Program-made: the position numbers and the translations under genes
Shown: positions 17,800 to 27,332 of the stretch, piece by piece
Layout: the number at the start of each line of letters is the position of its first letter
Position numbering within the stretch: the stretch's first letter is position 1
Assembly (NCBI GenBank): GCA_965203315.1
Contig: CBDBCE010000006.1
Span: forward strand, 1 to 53,622
Length of the DNA stretch: 53,622 nt
Reading direction: 5' to 3'
DNA from: Nitrosopumilus sp.
GTDB taxonomy: Archaea > Thermoproteota > Nitrososphaeria > Nitrososphaerales > Nitrosopumilaceae
The notes under the pieces: model-generated
What the model was told of the DNA's origin: nothing
What the model saw: the letters and a program-made list of their open reading frames with translations, nothing else
The model's database searches: none

Positions 17800-20700
17800 T
17801 GGTTCTACCCTATAAACTAGAACATTTTGGGTCAACCACATCAAGCTCGATTGATATATCCAAGTATGTGGTAAGCATAGACAAGTTCACAGATGTTGGA
17901 TCAGGGGAAGTAGTCTCTGCCAAGTTGATGTTAGACGCTAGACTAGGTGATTTCATCACAGAAGAGAATCAAGAATCAGGTGGTCCAAAAAGAACTCCAA
18001 TCATCAAACACTATGATTTGATGCAACTAACCATAACGGAATTAAAGACTCCCACAGATACGGCAGATAATACCTATCAACGACTATTATTCGTAGATGA
18101 TATTGAGCCAATAGTAAACAGTCAAGGACAGTTTCTTATTTTAGAGCTATTTGGTCGAGAGAGATATCTACAAAAGATGTTATTTCCAGGACACTTTTAC
18201 TTTATCTCTTTCAAGGAAATGGCAGAGAGAATAATCAAGTTCTACAATGACAATAAAGGATCAAATCAACCAACAATTACTTTAACCATGCCTGTAAACT
18301 TTGACTATACTTGGGGTATCTTTGACTTTTCTAAAGAGACATCTTGCTATGACGCCTTGATGGAAGTAGTAAATCGACTTACACTACCTGTTGCGGCTGG
18401 GGGTGGTGGTGAATACTATGGCATGACGTTTAGTGAAACCAACACATCTACTGCTCTTGTTTGTCGTATTGCACCACAAGGACATCCTACGGGTAGTCCC
18501 ATTACTTTGCAGAAACCAATGCAACTATCAGAGGTAAAAGAACCAAACAAGGCTAGTATTGTGGTGGTTGAAGGAAAGCCTGGCTCTGCTTCTATTCCCC
18601 CTGAACCTGCCAAATATCGTTCATACATTGAGGAATATGCCAACATCCCTGCATGGAAGAGTGGAATAACCTACAAGCAAGGTGCTTTAGTCAGACGAGC
18701 TCATACCGATAATGAAGTCTATGTGTGGAGATCTCTATTAGATAATAATATCAATCACCCACCGATTCTAGGTACTAGCCCACCGTATTGGTTTCGTATC
18801 TCTTTGGAACAATACATCGCTCTATACGAAACAAACTTTGTCTATTCCCCATGGACCAAAGATAAACACGCTTTGTATCGTAATTATTGTGGTAATCCTG
18901 ATGCGGTATTCTATAATACAAGTCCATCAACTAGACAAAATGACACAGCTGTAATGCCTGACTCCAACATGGTAATACGGGAATCAATACCAGGCACAAC
19001 AGGACAACTTGGATTATGGCGTGATTCTGTTGATTTCAGGTTATCTCAACTAACGAATACTATACTAGATAGATACCTGTATGGTCGTCCCACGATCAAA
19101 GTCAATAATAGAAAGAATCGTCAATACGAAGGTATGAGAATACTTTGTGATGATGAGCCTCCTTCAGGGTTAGATAGTATAATTGCTAGACAATTCCACA
19201 ATGGCACAACTTGGGAAAGAGATGAATTTGGAGTGTCTTTTGGGAATAACTTTGCCACACTAGGCGAATCTGGGAATTGGATAGTATTTCGTAGAACACA
19301 GAGATTCGATGAATGTATAGTACTCCATGAGGGTAAAACGTTCCAATACAACAAGGATTATAAAGATAGCACCAATGAAGACCTTGAAACTCAAAGTGGA
19401 AATCACTTCCAAGTCCCAGATATGTCAGCTGGGGGTACGTTGGCTTGGCGTGATGATGTAGATTTGTTCTTGGGCAATGATGCATTTCACCATCCTGTAA
19501 AGATAGAACAGCAGGATGGGTTATACAAACTACATGAGAATATCAGTACAGGCTCTTTGCCTACCGATTCTGGCATAGAAATAGAGTATGCTGTTAATCC
19601 CAAGCGTCTAGATGAGACTCAAACTTCAGCTGAGGATAAGGCGGGTATCGTAGAACAGTTAGAGCAGTTTTGGGGATGGCTTACAACTGATCAAGCCACA
19701 ACAGATGGCAAGTTTGATCTAGGTAAAACTCTGGTAAACAAATTATCACAGGCTATTGGTTGGGCAGGGGATACAGTCTATGATGCATTATTTAATTGGT
19801 CTAGAGGAGCTCACATGAACAATGCAGGGTGGTGGGCTATACTGTTTGCTCCACCATTCCCTCGTAATACCTATAATAGTATCACAGAAGGTGTTGGTGC
19901 GTTATTTGGTGGTAATGCCGACAACCCCGTGCCTGTTCTAGATCTGAGAAACCTCAATTATACTCCAAAGGGCAATACAGGATATGCAGCTGAAGATGCT
20001 ATGAATTTAGGTCAGATTAGTGGAATCAAATTGCTAATGAACTTTAACATATACGGACTAAACATTGAAACTTTTAGAGGAAATATACCATTCAGGTGCT
20101 GGATAGAGACCACAAGAGGCGATCTGTTGGTGTGTGATAAATCTATTCGATTTCAAGGAATTACACAGTTATTGGACTTTCCAATCACACAGTTTAAACA
20201 GTATAGAGCCAGAATACCAATATCTCTCACGGGAGCAAATATAGTATCACGAGTCTTAAACCCCGAACTGTCCATAACTGAAATCTTTGAACGCAGAAAA
20301 GTAAAGCGAATTGGACTACAATGCATGTTGGCTTATGATGATCAAGGCAGATATGATCCTGTGAACTTTTGGGGATTTATCAGGACGTTTTTGGCGGCAT
20401 TTCCAGATAATGAGTTAAAGTTTAATGGACGTATTGACTATCTTCATTTTACCAAAGACGCCATAGTTGTGGCACAAAACAAAACCGATGACACCTATAC
20501 CGAATCTGCTCAAGCCACAGATATTAAAAAGTACCATCTAGCCGACTCTCACAAGCGATACCCCAATATCTCAAACATCAATCAACTACAAAAGATAGCC
20601 AATACCGAACTAGACATTGAAAACTTTTCACACGACAAGTGGACTGCCACATATATGGACGAAGCCAGAATCAAGGCAGAAAGAACAGTCAAACTAAAAG

Positions 20701-20846
20701 ATGAAAGTCTAATACCTGATTCAGAAGATACCAACAAGAGAGAGTTAATCGTCAAAAAGGTAACTTATTCAGTAGGGGATCGTGCTACAAATAGTGGTAT
20801 GAAGACAACAATCGACTTGTACAAGAAGGTGATTCCTAGAAAATGA
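17799..20846 (+). CDS. Putative baseplate hub/tail tip protein with carbohydrate-binding-like insert
   Basis: DISKYVVSI N-terminus, ELFGRERYL, hub-like C-terminus; AWKSGITYKQGALV...W resembles CBM5/12. Confidence 0.55.
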   Translation: MVLPYKLEHFGSTTSSSIDISKYVVSIDKFTDVGSGEVVSAKLMLDARLGDFITEENQESGGPKRTPIIKHYDLMQLTITELKTPTDTADNTYQRLLFVDDIEPIVNSQGQFLILELFGRERYLQKMLFPGHFYFISFKEMAERIIKFYNDNKGSNQPTITLTMPVNFDYTWGIFDFSKETSCYDALMEVVNRLTLPVAAGGGGEYYGMTFSETNTSTALVCRIAPQGHPTGSPITLQKPMQLSEVKEPNKASIVVVEGKPGSASIPPEPAKYRSYIEEYANIPAWKSGITYKQGALVRRAHTDNEVYVWRSLLDNNINHPPILGTSPPYWFRISLEQYIALYETNFVYSPWTKDKHALYRNYCGNPDAVFYNTSPSTRQNDTAVMPDSNMVIRESIPGTTGQLGLWRDSVDFRLSQLTNTILDRYLYGRPTIKVNNRKNRQYEGMRILCDDEPPSGLDSIIARQFHNGTTWERDEFGVSFGNNFATLGESGNWIVFRRTQRFDECIVLHEGKTFQYNKDYKDSTNEDLETQSGNHFQVPDMSAGGTLAWRDDVDLFLGNDAFHHPVKIEQQDGLYKLHENISTGSLPTDSGIEIEYAVNPKRLDETQTSAEDKAGIVEQLEQFWGWLTTDQATTDGKFDLGKTLVNKLSQAIGWAGDTVYDALFNWSRGAHMNNAGWWAILFAPPFPRNTYNSITEGVGALFGGNADNPVPVLDLRNLNYTPKGNTGYAAEDAMNLGQISGIKLLMNFNIYGLNIETFRGNIPFRCWIETTRGDLLVCDKSIRFQGITQLLDFPITQFKQYRARIPISLTGANIVSRVLNPELSITEIFERRKVKRIGLQCMLAYDDQGRYDPVNFWGFIRTFLAAFPDNELKFNGRIDYLHFTKDAIVVAQNKTDDTYTESAQATDIKKYHLADSHKRYPNISNINQLQKIANTELDIENFSHDKWTATYMDEARIKAERTVKLKDESLIPDSEDTNKRELIVKKVTYSVGDRATNSGMKTTIDLYKKVIPRK

Positions 20847-23800
20847 CCTTTGCAAAAAAAGTAACCAATGCCATAAAGCAGACTGAATCTGATCTAGATG
20901 AGACTAGAACCATTGAACCTGATATTGGTAGTCCGCCAATAGAATGGGATAGAAATGCTTGGTTTGGTTCACGGCTTGGAATTACAGGCGGGGGTGGAAG
21001 TCTATCAGAGGTTGAATTTCCTTATGACGCTATTACTAGAAGTTTGATTCCAGCTGATGATGGTGCAGATTCAAGTACTGGTATCAGTCTTGGTCAAGAA
21101 TATACTGCCAATCCTGATGGTACAGAACCTAAACGTTGGTATCAAATAATAGGCAATATTCTTAAAGTAAACTCAATTCAAGTAGCACAAACATCAAACA
21201 CGGCAGATACACATATTTCATTAAGTGCAAGTATTAGTCCAACATCTACTCTCTATTCTCTGGCAAGTGGACTCGCTAGTTTCAGAACAGTTGGCACGGA
21301 AACTCTAAGATTGTCATACATATCTCAACCTGTTAGAGATGACTTTAGACATATTATACCTAATACTGCGTTGCTATTTCTAGATAGTGGCGATAACAAT
21401 AAACTCAAACTATTACGATATGGTACTCAAACCGCTGAAGAAATAGGTGGTGCATCTAGTGATTTTGATCCATCTGACATTACCCAGAATCTAATTCCAG
21501 GACTTACAGATTCTGATCAATCTAGAAATCTTGACATTGGTAGCACAACTCAACAATGGAATCGTATGTTTTCTAATCAGTTTGTGTTTAGACAGCAATC
21601 AGCAAATCCTTCTGATCCTGGTAGTACCAATGTAGTACTATATTATAGAACAGGTACAGGTTGGCAATATAAAAGAGGCGATAATAATCCGCAGTCATTT
21701 AGTAGTTTTGATCCGACTAGATCGCCAACAATACTGCCAGAAGATAGTACAACCAATCTTGGAAGTGCTAACAAAGATTGGGAACACATATACTTTTCAG
21801 GAAATATAGAACTTGAACCGACACGGGGTGTAGGGGATCAAAGAATCGGTACTAGCAGATCAGCTGTCGTAACCAGCAGTACTATGTGGAGTGCATTAAA
21901 CCACATATACACAATCCACACACATGCCAATAATCTATTACCTTATGATACTCGCAAAAATTGGTCGAAATCGATAACAGATAGTACTAGATGGTCTCAT
22001 ACTCACATTGAAGTCTTTGCTAATCTAGTGCCTGATACAGATAGTACGACAGATGCTACACCAAGTACTATAACAGGATCAGATAAAGTGGCAGGATTCA
22101 ATCTAGGGTGGACTGACGCTCATTGGAAAGGAGTTTATGCTGAAAGTCTATACCTTGCAAAATCTCACGATTCTGGCAACGTACCGACAGATCGTATTAT
22201 GCTCTTTTATGATGATGATGGTGATGTTCTAAAGTATAAAGTTGGAAGTGATGATCCTGTTGCGTTCGGAGGCGTTGATTTATCTGCTGTATCTCAAGAT
22301 ATAGTCCCTGACAATTCGGCTATTGTTCCTAGTCAAACACCAAATAGACATCTAGGCAAAGCCAGTAAATATTGGGGGAATTTGTATATCGAGCATGTTT
22401 ATGTTAGAGAGAATATTGAACCAGAAGCCACTGCAGCTGATTCAGGTGTAGATAGTCGTATAGGGGATCATAGAAATAGAGCAACTGGTTCAGGCATTCA
22501 ACATAAACACTTTAACCACGTTTATCAGTATTGGGCAAACACAAACAAACTACGACCCTATGATCAGTTCAAGAATTGGCGTATAGGCACATCAAATTCT
22601 AGCACACATAAGCACACCCACATTGAAGTCTTTGCCAATCTAGTACCAAACACAGATGCTACACTATCCAATATAGATGAAAGAACTGTGGTGGATTCGG
22701 CGGGTAGTACTTTGGTTTCAGGTTCGTTTACATATAGTGGAGAATCATTTACAGGCACAAAAATTGGAAACCACGATATTGGGTGGCATGATGCCTTTTG
22801 GGGAAATGTTTTTGCACAGAACCATTGGTTTTCAGATATATCAGATAGTAGTGTGGCAAGTCCACCATCTAATAGTAAACGAGTTGTATTATACTGGACA
22901 GGTACAGAGTTTAGGTACCGTACACCTGGAGCTAGCAGTTCTACTAGATTTGCGGCGTCTTGGACAGGCGGTTCAGTAACAAATCATGTCTATCCAAATA
23001 CAAATCATACACTAAACTTGGGAAGAAATGGAAATTGGTGGGCTGGTATCTATGGCGGAGTACTGATCTTAGATTATGCTAGTGGTCGCACCACAAGACC
23101 CCCAGACGCAAATAGTGTGGCTATCTATTGTGATATGGAAGGAAATCTAAAATATCAAAAACGTTCAGGTGGTGAGCAGAATTTGATAGGGGGTTCTTGG
23201 AATGGCGGAACTGTATCTCAAGACATTGATCCTAGTAACAGCAATATCAATATTGGTGATCGTAGTAACGAGTTCAAAGCAGTTTATACTAGATTGATAG
23301 CAGGTGAGAAGACAACCACTAATACGGCAGGGGATATACAGATTGGTGCATCTTCTACTGACCAGATAGGATTTAGTGGAGTAATAGAAGATAATCTAAT
23401 TCCTGATAGTAGTTCACAATTAGGTACTTCTAGTGCTAGATGGAAGTGGATTTATGGCGACACAGGTAATTTTAATACTCTATGGGTTGGCACAACTCAG
23501 ATTACAGGTAGTGGTGGTGGACAGTTTACAGGATCAAATCTTCCTTCATTGTATCCCGCTTCTAATCGTAATGACATTGGTAGTACTGGAGCATTAAGAT
23601 GGGACGATCTGTATATTGAGAATATCTACGCCTCAGATAGTATCACATGTCAAGATATTTCATGTGATGATATTAATGGTGATGACATGACTTTTGATAC
23701 TGTACGTTGTAGAAATCTGACAGTTACTGGGACTGCTACTGGTAATTTTGGCGGTGGTGGATCTACTACTTGGTCTGGCGGAACTGTAAGAGGTACGGCC

Positions 23801-24169
23801 ACGTTTAGTGCTGATGTTACATTCAATGAAGATGTTAGATTTGGAAGTAGTCCAGGCGATAGAGTTTACTTTACTTCAAGAATAGATAGTAGTATTATCC
23901 CATATAATTTAGCGAGTTCGTTAGCATCTAGAAGAAATAGAGATTTAGGAAGCACTACCAGAAATTGGGAAAACATTTACGCTGAAACGATTGATATTGA
24001 CGACACCATGAAAACTGAAAACATACTAATAAGACAAACAACTTCTGATTGGACACCAGATTGGAATGATGTGCCTAATGGTGGAATTATATTATATAGT
24101 GTAGATGGTGTTCTAACATATAGAGCTAAAAATTTTAGAGGGACAAGATCATCAGGTACATTAAGTTAA
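20843..24169 (+). CDS. Tail fibre/receptor-binding protein with repeated P-x(4-6)-(L/I)G-x(4)-W-x-x-(I/L/V)Y units
   Basis: About 10 repeats such as LGSANKDWEHIY, LGTSSARWKWIY, LGSTTRNWENIY; internal duplication HTHIEVFANLVP x2. Confidence 0.75.
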   Translation: MTFAKKVTNAIKQTESDLDETRTIEPDIGSPPIEWDRNAWFGSRLGITGGGGSLSEVEFPYDAITRSLIPADDGADSSTGISLGQEYTANPDGTEPKRWYQIIGNILKVNSIQVAQTSNTADTHISLSASISPTSTLYSLASGLASFRTVGTETLRLSYISQPVRDDFRHIIPNTALLFLDSGDNNKLKLLRYGTQTAEEIGGASSDFDPSDITQNLIPGLTDSDQSRNLDIGSTTQQWNRMFSNQFVFRQQSANPSDPGSTNVVLYYRTGTGWQYKRGDNNPQSFSSFDPTRSPTILPEDSTTNLGSANKDWEHIYFSGNIELEPTRGVGDQRIGTSRSAVVTSSTMWSALNHIYTIHTHANNLLPYDTRKNWSKSITDSTRWSHTHIEVFANLVPDTDSTTDATPSTITGSDKVAGFNLGWTDAHWKGVYAESLYLAKSHDSGNVPTDRIMLFYDDDGDVLKYKVGSDDPVAFGGVDLSAVSQDIVPDNSAIVPSQTPNRHLGKASKYWGNLYIEHVYVRENIEPEATAADSGVDSRIGDHRNRATGSGIQHKHFNHVYQYWANTNKLRPYDQFKNWRIGTSNSSTHKHTHIEVFANLVPNTDATLSNIDERTVVDSAGSTLVSGSFTYSGESFTGTKIGNHDIGWHDAFWGNVFAQNHWFSDISDSSVASPPSNSKRVVLYWTGTEFRYRTPGASSSTRFAASWTGGSVTNHVYPNTNHTLNLGRNGNWWAGIYGGVLILDYASGRTTRPPDANSVAIYCDMEGNLKYQKRSGGEQNLIGGSWNGGTVSQDIDPSNSNINIGDRSNEFKAVYTRLIAGEKTTTNTAGDIQIGASSTDQIGFSGVIEDNLIPDSSSQLGTSSARWKWIYGDTGNFNTLWVGTTQITGSGGGQFTGSNLPSLYPASNRNDIGSTGALRWDDLYIENIYASDSITCQDISCDDINGDDMTFDTVRCRNLTVTGTATGNFGGGGSTTWSGGTVRGTATFSADVTFNEDVRFGSSPGDRVYFTSRIDSSIIPYNLASSLASRRNRDLGSTTRNWENIYAETIDIDDTMKTENILIRQTTSDWTPDWNDVPNGGIILYSVDGVLTYRAKNFRGTRSSGTLS

Positions 24170-24193
24170 ATATTGGTTTGTTTCATACTCTTT

Positions 24194-24811
24194 ATGCATC
24201 TACTATTGTTAGCTCCAATATTATTGCTAGTAGGAATCGCTTATGCACATAACGAAGTTGATTTTGAACTAGACAACAACTGCATTCCCAAAGTCAATGG
24301 TACGTATAACGCAACATGTACAGATGATCATCTATGGTATCTTGGCGAGTTAGAAAAACAGGCACATAGACTACATCATGCAGGTGAGACAGTAATTCAT
24401 AGTTGGGGCGTAGCTCTAAATGAAAAGAGACATGTAGAACAACAACTAAAAATATGTCAAGATAACTATATTGCACTACAAAACTCTACCTGCACAATAC
24501 CAGAAACCGAAGCGGTATCTAGAATACAAGCAAACTATCAAGCCTGTGTAGATGCACTAACTCCAAACCAAAGAACCGAAAAAGGACTACGACTAGAGAT
24601 ATGGATAGAGAAGCAATGGTCTCAGAAACTAGAGGCACAACTCAACGACACCAAAGAACAACTAGCCAACATGACTGCTCTCTACAAGAAATCTACGATA
24701 CTCAACGCAGAGGTAGGACAACTCCAACTGAAAATACAGAATCTAACCAGCGAAAACAAGGAACTCATCAAAGAGATTCGACAACTACGAGTACAGATAC
24801 ATCAAGATTAA
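24194..24811 (+). CDS. Secreted/membrane protein with signal peptide and coiled coil
   Basis: MHLLLLAPILLLVGIAYA signal peptide; heptad-rich C-terminus. Confidence 0.7.
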   Translation: MHLLLLAPILLLVGIAYAHNEVDFELDNNCIPKVNGTYNATCTDDHLWYLGELEKQAHRLHHAGETVIHSWGVALNEKRHVEQQLKICQDNYIALQNSTCTIPETEAVSRIQANYQACVDALTPNQRTEKGLRLEIWIEKQWSQKLEAQLNDTKEQLANMTALYKKSTILNAEVGQLQLKIQNLTSENKELIKEIRQLRVQIHQD

Positions 24812-24837
24812 TATACCCCTTTTTTCTTCATAGAGTC

Positions 24838-25068
24838 ATGGCATGGGCGACAACCGATACTGAAGCATTACAAACCGAACTAGATCTACTAGAGGCTTTT
24901 GTCAATGAATGTGATGATAAAATCCGTACAGCTCGACCAGCAGTCAAGGGTCTTCGCGCCGTAATAGCCAACGTTGGCTTGGACGGGGCTGAAATCCCTG
25001 ATGATGATAGGCAAACTCTAAAGACGAATCTCATCGCTCTCAGCAAAAAGTGTAGAGGCGTAACATGA
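24838..25068 (+). CDS. Small helical hypothetical protein (MAWATTD...)
   Basis: Start revised to the ATG at 24838; the longer ORF overlaps the upstream gene. Confidence 0.6.
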   Translation: MAWATTDTEALQTELDLLEAFVNECDDKIRTARPAVKGLRAVIANVGLDGAEIPDDDRQTLKTNLIALSKKCRGVT

Positions 25069-25286
25069 TGGTACATACAGAATCCCCTAGAGACGACATG
25101 CCTAAAACAACTAAACCCATCACAGAAAAGAAGAGTGATTGGTCTTATTGTAAATTTGATGTAATAAAGGCTAAAAAGATTGAGCTAAATGGTCATACAA
25201 TATCCATCATAAATGGCAAACTAGAGATAATCGACAAAGTAGCCGAAGCAGAAAAGTTAGAGACGAGGGGAAAAGTTGGATCATAG
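25065..25286 (+). CDS. Hypothetical protein
   Basis: ORF track; ATGA coupling. Confidence 0.5.
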   Translation: MMVHTESPRDDMPKTTKPITEKKSDWSYCKFDVIKAKKIELNGHTISIINGKLEIIDKVAEAEKLETRGKVGS

Positions 25287-25485
25287 CACCTATCTGCAAG
25301 AGACTCTGACCGAGTTAATTCAATTGAGAAATTATAAGAATCAGACAGATCTCATGTTAAAGAGACTTTTCGAGGCATTTCCAGAAACGCAGAGTGCCTT
25401 ACAAGACTGGTTATCTAGCATGGATGGAGCAAAGGATATTAAAATGAATCGAGTAAAGCCCGATAATAATGACGACACAAAGTAA
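25276..25485 (+). CDS. Hypothetical protein
   Basis: ORF track; operon context. Confidence 0.5.
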   Translation: MDHSTYLQETLTELIQLRNYKNQTDLMLKRLFEAFPETQSALQDWLSSMDGAKDIKMNRVKPDNNDDTK

Positions 25486-26182
25486 ACGAGAATATAAGAG
25501 ACTTTGGCAAAGGGAATGGGTTAAAAATCCAAAGAATAAAAGAACCATGAAACTTGCATGTAAACGTTGGCGTAAAAATAATACTGAACAACAAATAGCC
25601 TATCGACAACAATACCATTTAGAACATGGTGCAGAGAGGCGTAAACACTTAAGTGAAAGCAATGCTTTATTACGTTCAAAAACCCTTGATCTCTATGGTG
25701 GCAAGTGTGTTAGATGTGGCTTCAAAGACCATCGATTTCTAGATTTCGATCATATAGACAATGATGGCAAAGAGCAGAGAAAGGTCTTAGGTTGGAAGTA
25801 CAAGTTTTACAATTATCTTATAGAGAACAAGCCTGATGATATTCAGATATTGTGTAGTTGGTGTAATCGTAGAAAGATGCGACATGGTACATATGATTGG
25901 GGTGTTCGGAAACAACGTGGTATCGCAATCATAAGGAGTAGAACTCAGCAAAGACGTCTCAAGTGTCTAAAACATTATGGAACTTCTATCCCTCATTGTA
26001 AGTTATGTGGATTAGTAAATACTAGATTCCTTCACCTTGACCACATCGATGACAACGGCAAGGAAGAGCGTGAGAAATATGGGCAAGGCGACACATTCTA
26101 CAAGTATCTAATCGAGAATGACTTTCCCTCTAACTTACAGGTATTGTGTCGAAAATGTAATCTTGATAAACAAAAGACATAA
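25469..26182 (+). CDS. Tandem double-HNH endonuclease-like protein
   Basis: Two CxxCG...DHIDxxG...Q(I/V)LCxxCN domains after a basic helical N-terminus. Confidence 0.85.
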   Translation: MTTQSKREYKRLWQREWVKNPKNKRTMKLACKRWRKNNTEQQIAYRQQYHLEHGAERRKHLSESNALLRSKTLDLYGGKCVRCGFKDHRFLDFDHIDNDGKEQRKVLGWKYKFYNYLIENKPDDIQILCSWCNRRKMRHGTYDWGVRKQRGIAIIRSRTQQRRLKCLKHYGTSIPHCKLCGLVNTRFLHLDHIDDNGKEEREKYGQGDTFYKYLIENDFPSNLQVLCRKCNLDKQKT

Positions 26183-26321
26183 AAATGGAAACCCCTTCAA
26201 AACAAGAGACAACTCAAGACGATCCAATCGGCAGTAGAAGAGAGGTGTCTAGTACAACAAATGATGAGATATCTGTAAGGTCTAGAAGAGATTAAATAAT
26301 GTATCATTTTATGACCTGTGA

Positions 26322-26420
26322 GGGGGCTAGACTCAGCTCGAAAGACTGACGGGTTTCACGCAAGTTTGTCCCAATTTGAATACCCTCGAGGGTGAGGCTT
26401 AATAGCCGAGCCGTTTAGTT
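26322..26420 (+). ncRNA. Candidate structured small RNA (multi-branch)
   Basis: Closing stem GGCTAGAC/GTTTAGTT, GAAA-tetraloop hairpin, CAAGTT/AATTTG, ACCC/GGGT and GGCT/AGCC hairpins; TTAAATA box ~25 nt upstream. Confidence 0.55.
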
Positions 26421-26449
26421 GTTATAAACAAGTATATTCTCTCTAAAAT

Positions 26450-27034
26450 ATGGCAGTTACTGATAATGACATTCGATACCACTATGTAGGGGGTAGCGGA
26501 GCTGGTAGTACCACTAGAGGCGATTCAAGTCTAGGTGGAGCTGTCGATACTGCAAACACAATCTCAGATACTAAACATTATCTATTCAAAGAAGTTACAT
26601 CTCATCAGGCTGAACAGGGTATAAATGATTATCGTTGTATAGCAGTTCATAACGCCAACGCAGATGGAGACGCTCTAACCAATCCTGTGGTGTATTTCTC
26701 TAATGATCAATCTGGCAATCCATCTGAAGCACGAATGGAATTTGCCATTGATCCACAACCTACAGCGGCAAGTCTCACCACTACAAGAGTCGTAACCAGT
26801 CCAACTCAATCAGGCAATACACAAGGAATCTTTGGTAGTGTAGCACCTGCTTCAGTTACAGGATTAACCTGGAACGGATCAGCACCAATCTCTTATGCAA
26901 CAGGCATATCTCTGGCAACCTCATTACCTGCAACACATTACAAAGCAATTTGGCTTAGACGAGTTATTGGTACAGAAGCACCACAAACTGATACCGTATC
27001 TGTTACACTTAATGTCGAGGGCGCAGCGAATTGA
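26450..27034 (+). CDS. Virion structural protein (SLGG...LF..V...DYRC family)
   Basis: SSLGGAV, LFKEVT, INDYRCIAVHN, YKAIWLRR motifs recalled from a recurrent viral structural family; own promoter. Confidence 0.6.
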   Translation: MAVTDNDIRYHYVGGSGAGSTTRGDSSLGGAVDTANTISDTKHYLFKEVTSHQAEQGINDYRCIAVHNANADGDALTNPVVYFSNDQSGNPSEARMEFAIDPQPTAASLTTTRVVTSPTQSGNTQGIFGSVAPASVTGLTWNGSAPISYATGISLATSLPATHYKAIWLRRVIGTEAPQTDTVSVTLNVEGAAN

Positions 27035-27327
27035 GCCTAAATATTGGGCGAACTCCACGTCCTTCATATTCTGCTAAAAAGTGTAGTGTTCACAATGTAT
27101 TCATGCAAACCGAAGACGATCTAATCAATGTATGTCCAGTTCCAGAATGCGATAGATGGATTCTGCGTGATGATCTAAGACGCAAGAAAGCACCTGGTTT
27201 CTATGCCGTAAGGTGTACCACATGTAATTGGGTTTATCCAAGTCTTGACCCTGAAGTATGTGCTATCTGTGATGATCCCATGAAGGCTCGAATCTATGAA
27301 GTTTTAAAGCAGTATAGAGGGTCATAA
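27031..27327 (+). CDS. Double Zn-ribbon protein
   Basis: CSVH..CPVPEC, CTTC..CAIC. Confidence 0.6.
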   Translation: MSLNIGRTPRPSYSAKKCSVHNVFMQTEDDLINVCPVPECDRWILRDDLRRKKAPGFYAVRCTTCNWVYPSLDPEVCAICDDPMKARIYEVLKQYRGS

Positions 27328-27332
27328 GTTGA

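Noticed and set aside
21940-22660. Duplicated tail-fibre segment as a DGR template/variable repeat pair
   Set aside because: Both copies are in-frame coding, differences are not adenine-specific, and no reverse transcriptase is present
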